Source: Candidatus Saccharimonadota bacterium (GTDB lineage: Bacteria > Patescibacteriota > Saccharimonadia > Saccharimonadales > Saccharimonadaceae). Taken from it: a DNA stretch of 32,000 nt. The stretch is taken from assembly GCA_016700015.1 (NCBI GenBank), contig CP064995.1, positions 600,001 through 632,000 of the forward strand, written 5' to 3'. Made by a program: the position numbers and the translations under genes. Positions 17,611-25,753 of this stretch are shown in pieces; positions within the stretch are counted from its first letter, which is position 1; every line of letters starts with the position of its first letter. The notes beneath the pieces were generated by a model. The model ran no database searches. It was given only the letters and a program-made list of their open reading frames with translations, and had not been told where the DNA came from.

Positions 17611-17985
17611 CTACTGCTCGCGAGCATAGCTGCGCTTAAATCTGTCAAGCAGTTTGCGGCGACCAACATGGGGTACGGTCTCTTCTTTGTATTTTCGAAG
17701 CTGGTTGGCAAGTTTCGCTTCAACAATATCGACCGCAGCGAGCACGTTCATAGTCGAGTCTTTGGCGGTAATGATTTTATCGGGCACGTGAATAAGTACT
17801 TCCACCTCATACTTGTTACCTTTATCGCGGTTGACTTCGGCCACTTTCACCTCGGCATGGATCGACTTACGTGCGTGACGTGGTACAAGCCTGTCGAGCG
17901 CACCGACTTTTTTGCGTATGTACTTTTTTGTTGAGTCATCGGCACTATAGCTGCCAACAGCGGTTATTTCGACATTTGTGATCAT
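17611..17985 (-). CDS. hpf: Ribosome hibernation promoting factor / RaiA family (short form)
   Basis: S30AE-type pattern: I.ITAVG...D..KKYI.KKVG.L.R......S.H.EVKV......KGNKYEVEVLIHVP...I.AK....M.AA.D....KL..QLRKYKE. The position upstream of secA matches Firmicutes. Confidence 0.85.
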   Translation of the reverse strand: MITNVEITAVGSYSADDSTKKYIRKKVGALDRLVPRHARKSIHAEVKVAEVNRDKGNKYEVEVLIHVPDKIITAKDSTMNVLAAVDIVEAKLANQLRKYKEETVPHVGRRKLLDRFKRSYAREQ

Positions 17986-18007
17986 GTTCTGACCCCTTTC
18001 TCTTGTT

Positions 18008-18029
18008 AACCGGTACCGGTTCTAGTATA
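18008..18029 (-). promoter_or_regulatory. hpf promoter -10 (TATACT) followed by the perfect 14-bp palindrome AACCGGTACCGGTT at the predicted +1 region
   Basis: Minus strand reads TATACT (18029-18024, overlapping the pyrD stop), then AG, then AACCGGTACCGGTT (18021-18008), then ...GAAAGGGG Shine-Dalgarno, then ATG 17985. Confidence 0.4.
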
Positions 18030-19161
18030 CGCCTTTTTGCGCTTCTATGCCTACTGCGTCAGCAATTGTTTTATATCCATCGCGTTTTAGCAACTGTTCC
18101 AAGCCATGATTGATTTCGCCCACCAGTTGCGGTCCCTCAAATATCATTCCCGTGATGAGCGCCACCAGTGTGGCTCCTGCTCGAATTTTCTCGTAAGCGT
18201 CTTCAGCGCTAAATATCCCCCCCACGCCGATAATTGTAAGTCTGTCACCATACTGGCGGTAGGTGCGCGCAATCAATGCCGTGCTTTTAGCGCGTGTTGG
18301 CGCACCACTCAGATTACCTTTTATGCTCGCAGGCAATGCGTCACGACTATCAACGCCTTCGCGATCACGAAGTAAATTAGCGATTGTCACCCCCCGCACC
18401 TCATGACGAACAATCACCGCTAGGAGAGCATCAAAGTCACTGTCTTTCAAATTAAGTGGCATTTTCACCACAACAGGACGCGTAAGCTTTAGTAAATCGA
18501 TTTTGGTCAATAATCTATCGAGCTTCTCTGGCGTCGTGAACGGCTCGCCACCAAACGTATTGGGACACGATATATTAATTTCAAAAAATTGGCCAAGATT
18601 ACGTGTATCAAGCATCGATAAGCTCGTGCAATAATCTTTTATTGCCGCTCGCTCGCTCACGCTGGCCTTTGAGTTCGTTTTGGCCACCGACACACCAAGC
18701 GGAAAATTCTCAAACACTTGCCGAGGATAGGTTTCAAGCCGGCGCGCAATCCGCCGTACACCCTGGTTTGGCAATCCAGCATGGACAACAAGCGATTTTG
18801 TATGCGGCAACCGATAAAACCATGGTTTTGGGTTACCGTCACATGGCTCGGCGGTGACCGATCCGCCAATCATAAAGCCAAAACCGACATTGCGTATCAC
18901 TGTAGCGATATCGATATTCTTATCAAACCCTGCCGATAGGCCGACGGGATTGGCCACAGCAAGTCCCCATACTTCTTGCTTCAAGGCAGGCGATGTGTGC
19001 ACCCATAGCCGTGGTAGAGTACGTGCAAGCGGTAGTTTTTGTACCACTTTTGCCGCACGAATCAGGCGGTGATGCACCCCGTCAGGGTGTTGACGAAAAA
19101 GCACAGGCTTAGCAAGTCGTTTATAGCCAAGGCGTGTTACCCGGCGTACTGCCCGCTTCAC
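18022..19161 (-). CDS. pyrD: Dihydroorotate dehydrogenase (quinone), class 2
   Basis: GLSAGFDKN, FFEINISCPNT, IIGVGGI. The N-terminal extension YKRLAKPVLFRQHPDGVHHRLI aligns with the class-2 membrane-association segment. The GTG start abuts the serS stop (TAGGTG). Confidence 0.88.
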   Translation of the reverse strand: MKRAVRRVTRLGYKRLAKPVLFRQHPDGVHHRLIRAAKVVQKLPLARTLPRLWVHTSPALKQEVWGLAVANPVGLSAGFDKNIDIATVIRNVGFGFMIGGSVTAEPCDGNPKPWFYRLPHTKSLVVHAGLPNQGVRRIARRLETYPRQVFENFPLGVSVAKTNSKASVSERAAIKDYCTSLSMLDTRNLGQFFEINISCPNTFGGEPFTTPEKLDRLLTKIDLLKLTRPVVVKMPLNLKDSDFDALLAVIVRHEVRGVTIANLLRDREGVDSRDALPASIKGNLSGAPTRAKSTALIARTYRQYGDRLTIIGVGGIFSAEDAYEKIRAGATLVALITGMIFEGPQLVGEINHGLEQLLKRDGYKTIADAVGIEAQKGVY

Positions 19162-20406
19162 CTAAATTACCTCACGCCCCCCCATGAATTGTCGTAGTGC
19201 ATCCGGAACAGCCAATGTTCCATCATCTCTCTGGTAATTCTCTATAATTGCCACCAGCGTTCTCGCAAGGCTAACGGCGGTGCCGTTGAGTGTATGCAGA
19301 ATTTCCGTCGTACCGTTTGATCGCTTTACGCGAATATTAAGATTTCGTGCTTGAAAATCAGTACAGTTACTACAGCTCGTGAGTTCTCGATATTTACCAT
19401 CGACTGGCGACCAATATTCAATATCATATTTTTTCGCTGCGGGAGCTCCAAGATCACCTGCGGCGATATTGATAACATGGTAAGGAACACCGAGTTCCTG
19501 CCATATTTCTTCCTCAATCGCTAGAATATTCTCGTGCATAGCAACGCTTTGTTCTGGCGTCGTATAGACATACATTTCCAATTTATTAAACTGATGCACG
19601 CGGAAGAGGCCACGCGTATGCTTACCTGCAGCACCGGCTTCTTTTCGATAGCATGGACTGTACCCCGCATACAGCAGCGGTAGTGCGGCCTCTTCAATCA
19701 CTTCGTCGGCATGATAGCCAGTGAGCGAAATTTCTGCTGTCGCAATTAGTGATAAATCTTCTCCTTCTATACAGTACTCATCCGACTGGTCACTAGTGCG
19801 TGGCGCAAAACCCGTTCCCATCATCGTGCGCTGATTGACCATGTGAGGAACACTCATAAATGTAAAGCCGTGCGAGACAATCTTTTGCAGGGCAAATTGT
19901 GTCACCGCATTCTCTAGCAAAGCTAGGTCTCCCTTTACGAAGTAGAACTTAGCGCCTGCAACTTTAGCCCCCCTTTCAAAATCAACCCAATCACGTGCCA
20001 GTGCGAAATCAAGGTGATCTTTCGCCCCTGTTTTTTGCTCACCCACTTTTTTTATTTCAACAGAGTCTTCCTCGCCACCCAGCGGAACATCACTGAGTGT
20101 TATATTAGGAACTGCCCATAACTGATTTTGGTACGTCTCATCAGCAACCCGTAGGTGATCTTCAACTTCGGCTAGCTTGGCTTTAACTTGCTTCCCTTCA
20201 TCCACAATTTCTTGCGCCGGCTTGCCGCCCTTCATTTGCCCAGCGATTTCATTGCGTCTAGCGCGCAGTTCATCGGCTTTGGTCATGAGTTCGCGACGCG
20301 ATTCATCAGCACGCAAAAGCTCCTGGATATTTACCTGGTAACCTTTTTGCGCCGCGGCTTCTTGCACGCGGTCGGGATTTTCCCTGATGAAGCGAATGTC
20401 TAACAT
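19162..20406 (-). CDS. serS: Seryl-tRNA synthetase
   Basis: N-terminal coiled-coil arm MLDIRFIRENPDRV.... Class II motif 2 YRKEAGAAGKHTRGLFRVHQFNKLEMY. Motif 3 GTAVSLARTLVAIIENYQ. Confidence 0.96.
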   Translation of the reverse strand: MLDIRFIRENPDRVQEAAAQKGYQVNIQELLRADESRRELMTKADELRARRNEIAGQMKGGKPAQEIVDEGKQVKAKLAEVEDHLRVADETYQNQLWAVPNITLSDVPLGGEEDSVEIKKVGEQKTGAKDHLDFALARDWVDFERGAKVAGAKFYFVKGDLALLENAVTQFALQKIVSHGFTFMSVPHMVNQRTMMGTGFAPRTSDQSDEYCIEGEDLSLIATAEISLTGYHADEVIEEAALPLLYAGYSPCYRKEAGAAGKHTRGLFRVHQFNKLEMYVYTTPEQSVAMHENILAIEEEIWQELGVPYHVINIAAGDLGAPAAKKYDIEYWSPVDGKYRELTSCSNCTDFQARNLNIRVKRSNGTTEILHTLNGTAVSLARTLVAIIENYQRDDGTLAVPDALRQFMGGREVI

Positions 20407-20412
20407 ACCTCA

Positions 20413-20418
20413 AGTATA
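20413..20418 (-). promoter_or_regulatory. Candidate -10 (TATACT) of serS, 6 nt from the ATG
   Basis: Minus strand reads GCGCTATACT, then TGAGGT, then ATG (20406). I found no convincing -35. The GAGG is too close to the ATG (1 nt) to act as a Shine-Dalgarno. Confidence 0.35.
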
Positions 20419-20443
20419 GCGCACTCCACCTCTAGGGAACAGT

Positions 20444-20472
20444 TTGACTTTTCATAAAAATTATGCTATCAT
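20444..20472 (+). promoter_or_regulatory. Near-consensus promoter of the 20479 gene in a leaderless configuration
   Basis: TTGACT (20444-20449), 17 nt, TATCAT (20467-20472), 6 nt, then ATG 20479. Confidence 0.6.
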
Positions 20473-20478
20473 AAATAC

Positions 20479-21039
20479 ATGATCTTTTCTGGCTCGCGTC
20501 GCTCGCACAGTACCCCCCTTGTCCCCGCCGACACACCTACCGCAGAACGCGTGCTACGGAGCGCTGAATATCTTGGTCTTGACCCATCCCAAACTATGCT
20601 GGTAGGTAGTGCAGCCTTGTGTATATACGGTGTCGAGCTAGATACCAATGACCCGCTGATACAACAGTCCTGGCCACGCCCTAGTGACCTTGACTTTGCG
20701 AGTACCCCACTGTATATGAACCATCTTGCCGCGCACGGCACTCCCACTGGGCTGGAGGCTCACCTCAAACCCACTCACAACCCGAGCCAAACTATCCTTA
20801 CTATTAGTACAAAGGAATTACCGGCCGATATTATCACTCGTTTCCGGCCTGGACGCGATAATCTTCTGTCATATCATAAACGCTTTTTAGCTTACCTTGA
20901 GCAACACAGCCGACCAGTTGAGGGCACAGCCATACGAATCATTACACAGCCTGCTGCCCTCAAAGAACTACAGAGTCACTCTCTTGACCCCAAAGTCGCT
21001 CGCGATTTATCACTGGCACGCCAACACTTCACACACTAA
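20479..21039 (+). CDS. Hypothetical protein with a possible minimal nucleotidyltransferase-fold motif
   Basis: 186 aa. LVGSAALCIYG ... PSDLDFAS resembles the G-S-x(n)-D-x-D signature of Pol-beta-superfamily NTases. A strong dedicated promoter supports expression. The motif call is weak. Confidence 0.5.
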   Translation: MIFSGSRRSHSTPLVPADTPTAERVLRSAEYLGLDPSQTMLVGSAALCIYGVELDTNDPLIQQSWPRPSDLDFASTPLYMNHLAAHGTPTGLEAHLKPTHNPSQTILTISTKELPADIITRFRPGRDNLLSYHKRFLAYLEQHSRPVEGTAIRIITQPAALKELQSHSLDPKVARDLSLARQHFTH

Positions 21040-22401
21040 CTACTCGGTGCGCAGCGCTTCGATCGGATCAAGCCGAGCTGCTTTGCGAGCCGGGAACCAG
21101 CCAGCAACCACAGCTATCAGTATGAGTGCAAGCATCAGTAGGAGAATTTGCCACCACACAAATTCAAGTATGCGGTTGTCCCCAATATCAAGCCACTTAC
21201 TAATGGCAGGGTTAGCGAGTGTACCTACGCTATACGCCACCAGCGCCCCCAAGGCTCCACCCAAGAACCCTATCCAAGCCGCTTCATAGCGGAATAGTTT
21301 GGCAATAGCTCGCCGTGGCATACCGAGTGCTTTCATGAGCCCAATCTGGCTTGTTCGCTCAAGCACGCTAATGTACTGCGTGTTGATAATACCAAACACA
21401 CTCGCAAATAGTGCAAGCAGCCCGAAGCCAGTCACAATACCCTGAAGTGTATTCACAATCGTAAATAGCAGCCCCTGCGCATCTTTAGCGGTCTGCGAAT
21501 AGTACTGCTTTTTTTCTAACTCTGCCTTTATCACCTCAGGGTTACTACCCTTTTTGACAAGCATCGATACGCCCATGTACTTACCGGCTCCGCTAGTGCC
21601 TTCGGTTTGAAAATCATTGATTTGCTTTGCGCTATTGGCAGATACAAACAGTTTAGGAGTAGCACCGAGGGACATTGTGCTGGTTTTGGTCACCGCACGA
21701 ACGGTGTAGGTAAAGTCCACTTCTTTCGGCTTCACCAACCGCTGTACAGCGTCGGTACCACCTTGTGCAAATGCTGCTTGTATCTGGGCCTCGCTGACAT
21801 TGACCGCTTGCTGGGCAAATGTTACCACTACCTGCTTACCGAGCAACTTTTCACTATCAATGCCGAGTGTTTCGGCATATTTTTGCGGTACAACGATTTC
21901 ATTGTCGGCGATTTGTTGACCGAGTGCAGGCAATGAGCCCGCTTTTGTATCGCTCAGAATCGTGGCGTCATAGTAATCAATCGCACCGATGTATTTCTTG
22001 TCTTTCCCTTCAAAACCAATCCATTTAGGGCTCAGTGTATAGATCGGCACAATTTGCTCAAGATCACTTCGCGATTTCAGGTAAGCGACGTCTTGGTCAT
22101 TCATTTGCTTGAGCGTGGCCCCTGGTCGTCCGCTACTCATCCCAATATCAGGATCGTATTCGCGCAGGCCAACGGTACCGCCTTCGCCAAATAGTGACTT
22201 GTCCTTCACCACAAACATCGCTTGAGGGTCAATATTATTTTTCAGTAGGTTATCGGCATAGTTTCGCGTGCCTTGGCCAGCAGCAAGTGCCATAGTGAGG
22301 GTAAATGCCCCAACCGCAATCGCCAGACTTGTCAGTATAGTGCGACCCTTTGCCTGGCGCAAATTACGGCCTGCTCGTTTCATAATATCAACACGTTTCA
22401 T
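21040..22401 (-). CDS. ABC transporter permease, MacB/FtsX-domain (type VII) family
   Basis: N-terminus RNLRQAKGRTILTSLAIAVGAFTL (TM1), an extracytoplasmic domain of about 270 aa, then three C-terminal TM helices ending ...PARKAARLDPIEALRTE, the hallmark of the family. A 4-nt overlap (ATGA) links it to the ATPase gene. Confidence 0.9.
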   Translation of the reverse strand: MKRVDIMKRAGRNLRQAKGRTILTSLAIAVGAFTLTMALAAGQGTRNYADNLLKNNIDPQAMFVVKDKSLFGEGGTVGLREYDPDIGMSSGRPGATLKQMNDQDVAYLKSRSDLEQIVPIYTLSPKWIGFEGKDKKYIGAIDYYDATILSDTKAGSLPALGQQIADNEIVVPQKYAETLGIDSEKLLGKQVVVTFAQQAVNVSEAQIQAAFAQGGTDAVQRLVKPKEVDFTYTVRAVTKTSTMSLGATPKLFVSANSAKQINDFQTEGTSGAGKYMGVSMLVKKGSNPEVIKAELEKKQYYSQTAKDAQGLLFTIVNTLQGIVTGFGLLALFASVFGIINTQYISVLERTSQIGLMKALGMPRRAIAKLFRYEAAWIGFLGGALGALVAYSVGTLANPAISKWLDIGDNRILEFVWWQILLLMLALILIAVVAGWFPARKAARLDPIEALRTE

Positions 22402-23081
22402 GACTTATCTCCTAGCACACGTATCACCTTGCCATCTTTTATATACACCTGCATATCGCAGCGTTTCGCGAGATCGATATCATGCGTCACCACAATCAGC
22501 GTGGTGTTATTTTGTTTGTTGTAACTAAACAGCAGTTTCTCGACTGATGCTCCAGTCACGCTATCGAGGTTGCCGGTTGGTTCGTCGGCAAACAAAATTT
22601 TCGGGTCATTGACGATCGCCCTGGCAATCGCTAGGCGCTGTTTTTGGCCACCCGATAAATCACGAGCACGAGAGTTCTTTTTTTCAATCAACCCCACAGC
22701 TTCAAGTGCTTTCTCGACCTTTGCCTTGCGGCGCCGATACGGTACCCTAGCGATTTCGAGCGGCAAACTCACGTTGTTATAACAACTCTCATTCCCCTGC
22801 ACAAAAAAGCTCTGAAAAATAAAGGCCATGGTCTCGCTACGAAATTTGTCGGCCTGTTTCTGCTTAAACTCTAGTATATTGTCGTCACCAATAAGAATTT
22901 TACCCTCATCGGCATGGTCGAGCCCACTCATGACATGCATAAGTGTACTTTTGCCACTCCCCGATTTGCCAATTATCGCCACGCTTGCGCCATCGGGAAT
23001 CGTAAACGATACATCATCGAGTGCCGTAAAGGTATTTTTCTTTTTACCGTATGTTTTGGTTACCGCTCGAACTTCAATCAC
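22398..23081 (-). CDS. ABC transporter ATP-binding protein (MacB/LolD-like)
   Basis: Walker A GKSGSGKST, signature LSGGQKQRLAIARA, Walker B ILFADEPTGNLD. An AGGAGG Shine-Dalgarno lies upstream of ATG 23081. Confidence 0.93.
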   Translation of the reverse strand: MIEVRAVTKTYGKKKNTFTALDDVSFTIPDGASVAIIGKSGSGKSTLMHVMSGLDHADEGKILIGDDNILEFKQKQADKFRSETMAFIFQSFFVQGNESCYNNVSLPLEIARVPYRRRKAKVEKALEAVGLIEKKNSRARDLSGGQKQRLAIARAIVNDPKILFADEPTGNLDSVTGASVEKLLFSYNKQNNTTLIVVTHDIDLAKRCDMQVYIKDGKVIRVLGDKS

Positions 23082-23122
23082 ATCTCCTCCTATTTACTCT
23101 TATCATACCGAAAATCCATCAC

Positions 23123-23152
23123 TTGTACTAGCTATGGTGGTTATGGTATGCT
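23123..23152 (+). promoter_or_regulatory. Candidate promoter of the 23182-26053 operon
   Basis: TTGTAC (23123-23128), 18 nt, TATGCT (23147-23152). The predicted TSS near 23159 lies downstream of the in-frame ATGs at 23134 and 23143, which favours ATG 23182 as the start. Confidence 0.35.
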
Positions 23153-23181
23153 ATAGGTGTTCAACAAGAGATACAACAAAC

Positions 23182-24471
23182 ATGCCTGCCGGCCAAAACA
23201 AACGATCTCAGCACAATCAGGTGCCTAGTGGCGCCAACACGAGTGGTAATACCCCGCCACCCGATCCGCTTGACGTGCGCGTGCTGGCAAAGCCCACACC
23301 ACTTGCTGGCTGCAGCGAACCCGGAAGCGAATCGTTTTCTCACCTTGCCCGCCAAGAGTTCGATGACATGGAATTGAACCTTACCTCTGTTGTTGCCACC
23401 ATCAAGCAGGCGCATGATAACGGCCCACATGCCGGTAACCGCTATATCAGTCCAGAAGGCCCCGGTATGGATATGCTCAACACACTGGCGCTCATCGCTC
23501 ATCAGCGACGGAACACCAACCAACGTAACCAAGTGCCCTATGCACCCCGCACCGATCCAAGCGCGACGATGGCGCAAGAAATCATTACGGCGTTTCCCAA
23601 CCCCAAGGACGCCGTACTCACTGTAGCGACACATCTCGAATCGGTAGCACGACTCAATCAAAAAGCGGGCGTCACGCTCAATATGGCTCATGAAGTTCGC
23701 AACCTCGAAGCTCTTCTGAGCGTCATCTATGGTGACCGTTTTGCTGAATTTAAGGTTGTAGAACAAGAGCGCATGCAGGCAGCCCAGCAGCAACAGCAGC
23801 AAGAAGCCCAACAGCAGGCCGAAGCCGCGCGTCAAACTCAGCTTGAACAAGACCTTCTTTTTGAGGGCCGCGAGCTACTGCTTACCAAACATCGCCGTAG
23901 CCTTGATAAAACCAAAACCAACGTCGTCGAAAAGAACTTGCGTGACGTCAGACGAGCCGAAAATAAAAATGACCGTACACTCGGGCGTAATGAACGACTC
24001 GCAAGCCGAGCCAGCAAAGCGCGTAATCGTGCTAACGCCCGCCGCCAGCGACGAGACCGCAGCACGTGGCTCACCCGCTGGGCGTGGAAGCGACTCTCAA
24101 GCCGAGCCGAGAAGAAAGCTACCAAGCGTGAAGCAACCTATACTGCCGATAACACGCTTCGCGCATCAAGGCTCAAAGAGGCTGCGGCCGCCTCGCTAAC
24201 CCGAAGTGAACACTACTCTGCCGCTGTTAAACGGCTGAGTGAGCGTCGCATCCAATCAATCATCCACGACCATTCCCTGCGTCGATTGCGAATCCAGGAA
24301 AAGCGCCACGACCTGATGCGGCAAGGTGTACGCGCCGCGGAGGCAAAACACCGTGCTTCAATCCTCGACGATCAAGACGAAAAGCTGATTACTGCAACAG
24401 CCGTCCAGATCGCCAGGAACCAGGCAGCGCGTAGTGGCTATCGACCCCATCTTGATGAAGACCGCAGCTAG
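23182..24471 (+). CDS. Hypothetical Arg/Lys/Glu/Gln-rich coiled-coil protein (429 aa), first gene of a three-gene operon
   Basis: The track ORF (22828-24471) begins antisense inside the ABC ATPase gene. The biologically plausible start is ATG 23182 (MPAGQNKRSQ), with 23134 as an alternative. The N-terminus is Pro/Ser/Asn-rich, there is a polyQ stretch QAAQQQQQQEAQQQAEAARQ, and the C-terminal half is very basic (RNRANARRQRRDR). I see no TM helix, signal peptide or catalytic motif. Confidence 0.6.
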   Translation: MPAGQNKRSQHNQVPSGANTSGNTPPPDPLDVRVLAKPTPLAGCSEPGSESFSHLARQEFDDMELNLTSVVATIKQAHDNGPHAGNRYISPEGPGMDMLNTLALIAHQRRNTNQRNQVPYAPRTDPSATMAQEIITAFPNPKDAVLTVATHLESVARLNQKAGVTLNMAHEVRNLEALLSVIYGDRFAEFKVVEQERMQAAQQQQQQEAQQQAEAARQTQLEQDLLFEGRELLLTKHRRSLDKTKTNVVEKNLRDVRRAENKNDRTLGRNERLASRASKARNRANARRQRRDRSTWLTRWAWKRLSSRAEKKATKREATYTADNTLRASRLKEAAAASLTRSEHYSAAVKRLSERRIQSIIHDHSLRRLRIQEKRHDLMRQGVRAAEAKHRASILDDQDEKLITATAVQIARNQAARSGYRPHLDEDRS

Positions 24472-24503
24472 CGCATACAACAATAACACCAGAAAGGAAG
24501 CCT

Positions 24504-25751
24504 ATGTCAGAAAGAGCCCCCACCAGTACCGTCGCACCAGAAATAACCCCACCACCCGAGCAGCCAGCTGCCGAAACGGTAGAAACCACATCTGATGATC
24601 TACCGGAATTAAAAACCGAAGCCGAGCTCCACGACGAAGCCAATCGCTTCACTGATGCCGAAATATTGGGCAAATCATTTCGCGTACGAAGGCTTGTTCA
24701 CGAAACAACAACAGAAACACTGAATGGTTTTAAAGCCGCTAAAGCCGATATGGCAAATATGCTAAGCACCCCCAAAAACAACTACTTGCGACGGCGCTAC
24801 GAAGCAGCTGAAGATAAGTACCAACGTAAACTTGCCAAAGTTGGTACTAGCCGCTTCAAATTTATGAACAACCACTATAAAAACGCTGCCTCACGAGCAG
24901 GAAGTAAGCGCAATGAACGATATAGCAGATACAATTCCCATACCGGCAAGATGGAAGGGCGAGTTGAGGCGGCCAAAGACTACGCTAAACGAAACAAGGA
25001 ATTGATGGAGAAGAAAATTGAAGCCTACAAAACAATCAAGTCTGTTGCCGAGGGTCGCAAAGAGCTTCGCAAAATGCGCCGCGACCTACGGCGTGAAGGT
25101 CTTAATCACGCAGAAGTCAATAAGCGCCTTGGGCTGGAGAAAAGGCCTGATGAGTCAATGGAAGACTATGCGCAGCGACGCGCTGCATTCCAAAAACGCG
25201 TTGGACGCCTTGTATGCGCACGCGAAACTGTAGGCCGTGAATCAAGGCAGGTCGAGCAGCAGGCCAGACGCGAACGAGCCAAAAAAGCCAAGATTGACCG
25301 CCAACTCACCGAAACTATTGAGCTTGCCGAACACAACAAATCTGCCCTCGAAAAGGCTTCGCGCAGTCTTGAACAGGCCGAACATCATAGCACGCGCACC
25401 CACGAGATGGTTGAGGAACTTCAGGCTGAGCTCGGCCATATAGACGGTGATGACCCGCGTCGAACAACACTCGAGGACAAATTGGCCCGGGCTAAACAAA
25501 CATGGGAGCGCTATGCGGTACGTAAGGAGCAGCTGAAGCAAGAACAAGCAAGGCTTGTGGCCGAGGCATCCCGACTCACTCGAAGTATCGAGCGGCAAAC
25601 ACGCGCCGCCCGCGAACAAGCCTACCAGGCTAGCGCGGCCGATAGGGTATCAGCCCGCCATGCAAGCGGCTCCGAAGACCTGCGGCACCGCATCAATGAG
25701 GAAGATGCCGCAATCTACAACAACATAAATCCTACTGAAAGGAATGAATAA
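24504..25751 (+). CDS. Hypothetical Lys/Arg/Glu-rich coiled-coil protein (415 aa), second gene of the operon
   Basis: A GAAAGGAAG Shine-Dalgarno lies 5 nt upstream. The N-terminus is acidic and Pro-rich (APEITPPPEQPAAETVETTSDD), followed by about 330 aa of charged heptad-like sequence. No TM helix, signal peptide or catalytic motif. Confidence 0.7.
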   Translation: MSERAPTSTVAPEITPPPEQPAAETVETTSDDLPELKTEAELHDEANRFTDAEILGKSFRVRRLVHETTTETLNGFKAAKADMANMLSTPKNNYLRRRYEAAEDKYQRKLAKVGTSRFKFMNNHYKNAASRAGSKRNERYSRYNSHTGKMEGRVEAAKDYAKRNKELMEKKIEAYKTIKSVAEGRKELRKMRRDLRREGLNHAEVNKRLGLEKRPDESMEDYAQRRAAFQKRVGRLVCARETVGRESRQVEQQARRERAKKAKIDRQLTETIELAEHNKSALEKASRSLEQAEHHSTRTHEMVEELQAELGHIDGDDPRRTTLEDKLARAKQTWERYAVRKEQLKQEQARLVAEASRLTRSIERQTRAAREQAYQASAADRVSARHASGSEDLRHRINEEDAAIYNNINPTERNE

Positions 25752-25753
25752 CC

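Noticed and set aside
20407-20478. T-box or other riboswitch leaders upstream of the aminoacyl-tRNA synthetase genes serS and lysS
   Set aside because: The upstream gaps are only 72 nt (shared with a divergent promoter) and 65 nt, far too short for a T-box of about 200-300 nt. The predicted -10 elements sit 6-11 nt from the ATGs.
22828-23181. 5' extension of the 547-aa track ORF (start at 22828), running antisense through the ABC ATPase gene
   Set aside because: The first roughly 85 codons lie entirely opposite a well-supported ABC ATPase CDS (Walker A/B and signature motifs). The extension translates to low-complexity Ser/Leu/Pro sequence typical of antisense frames. A plausible promoter (23123-23152) lies downstream of it. 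I truncated the gene to ATG 23182.
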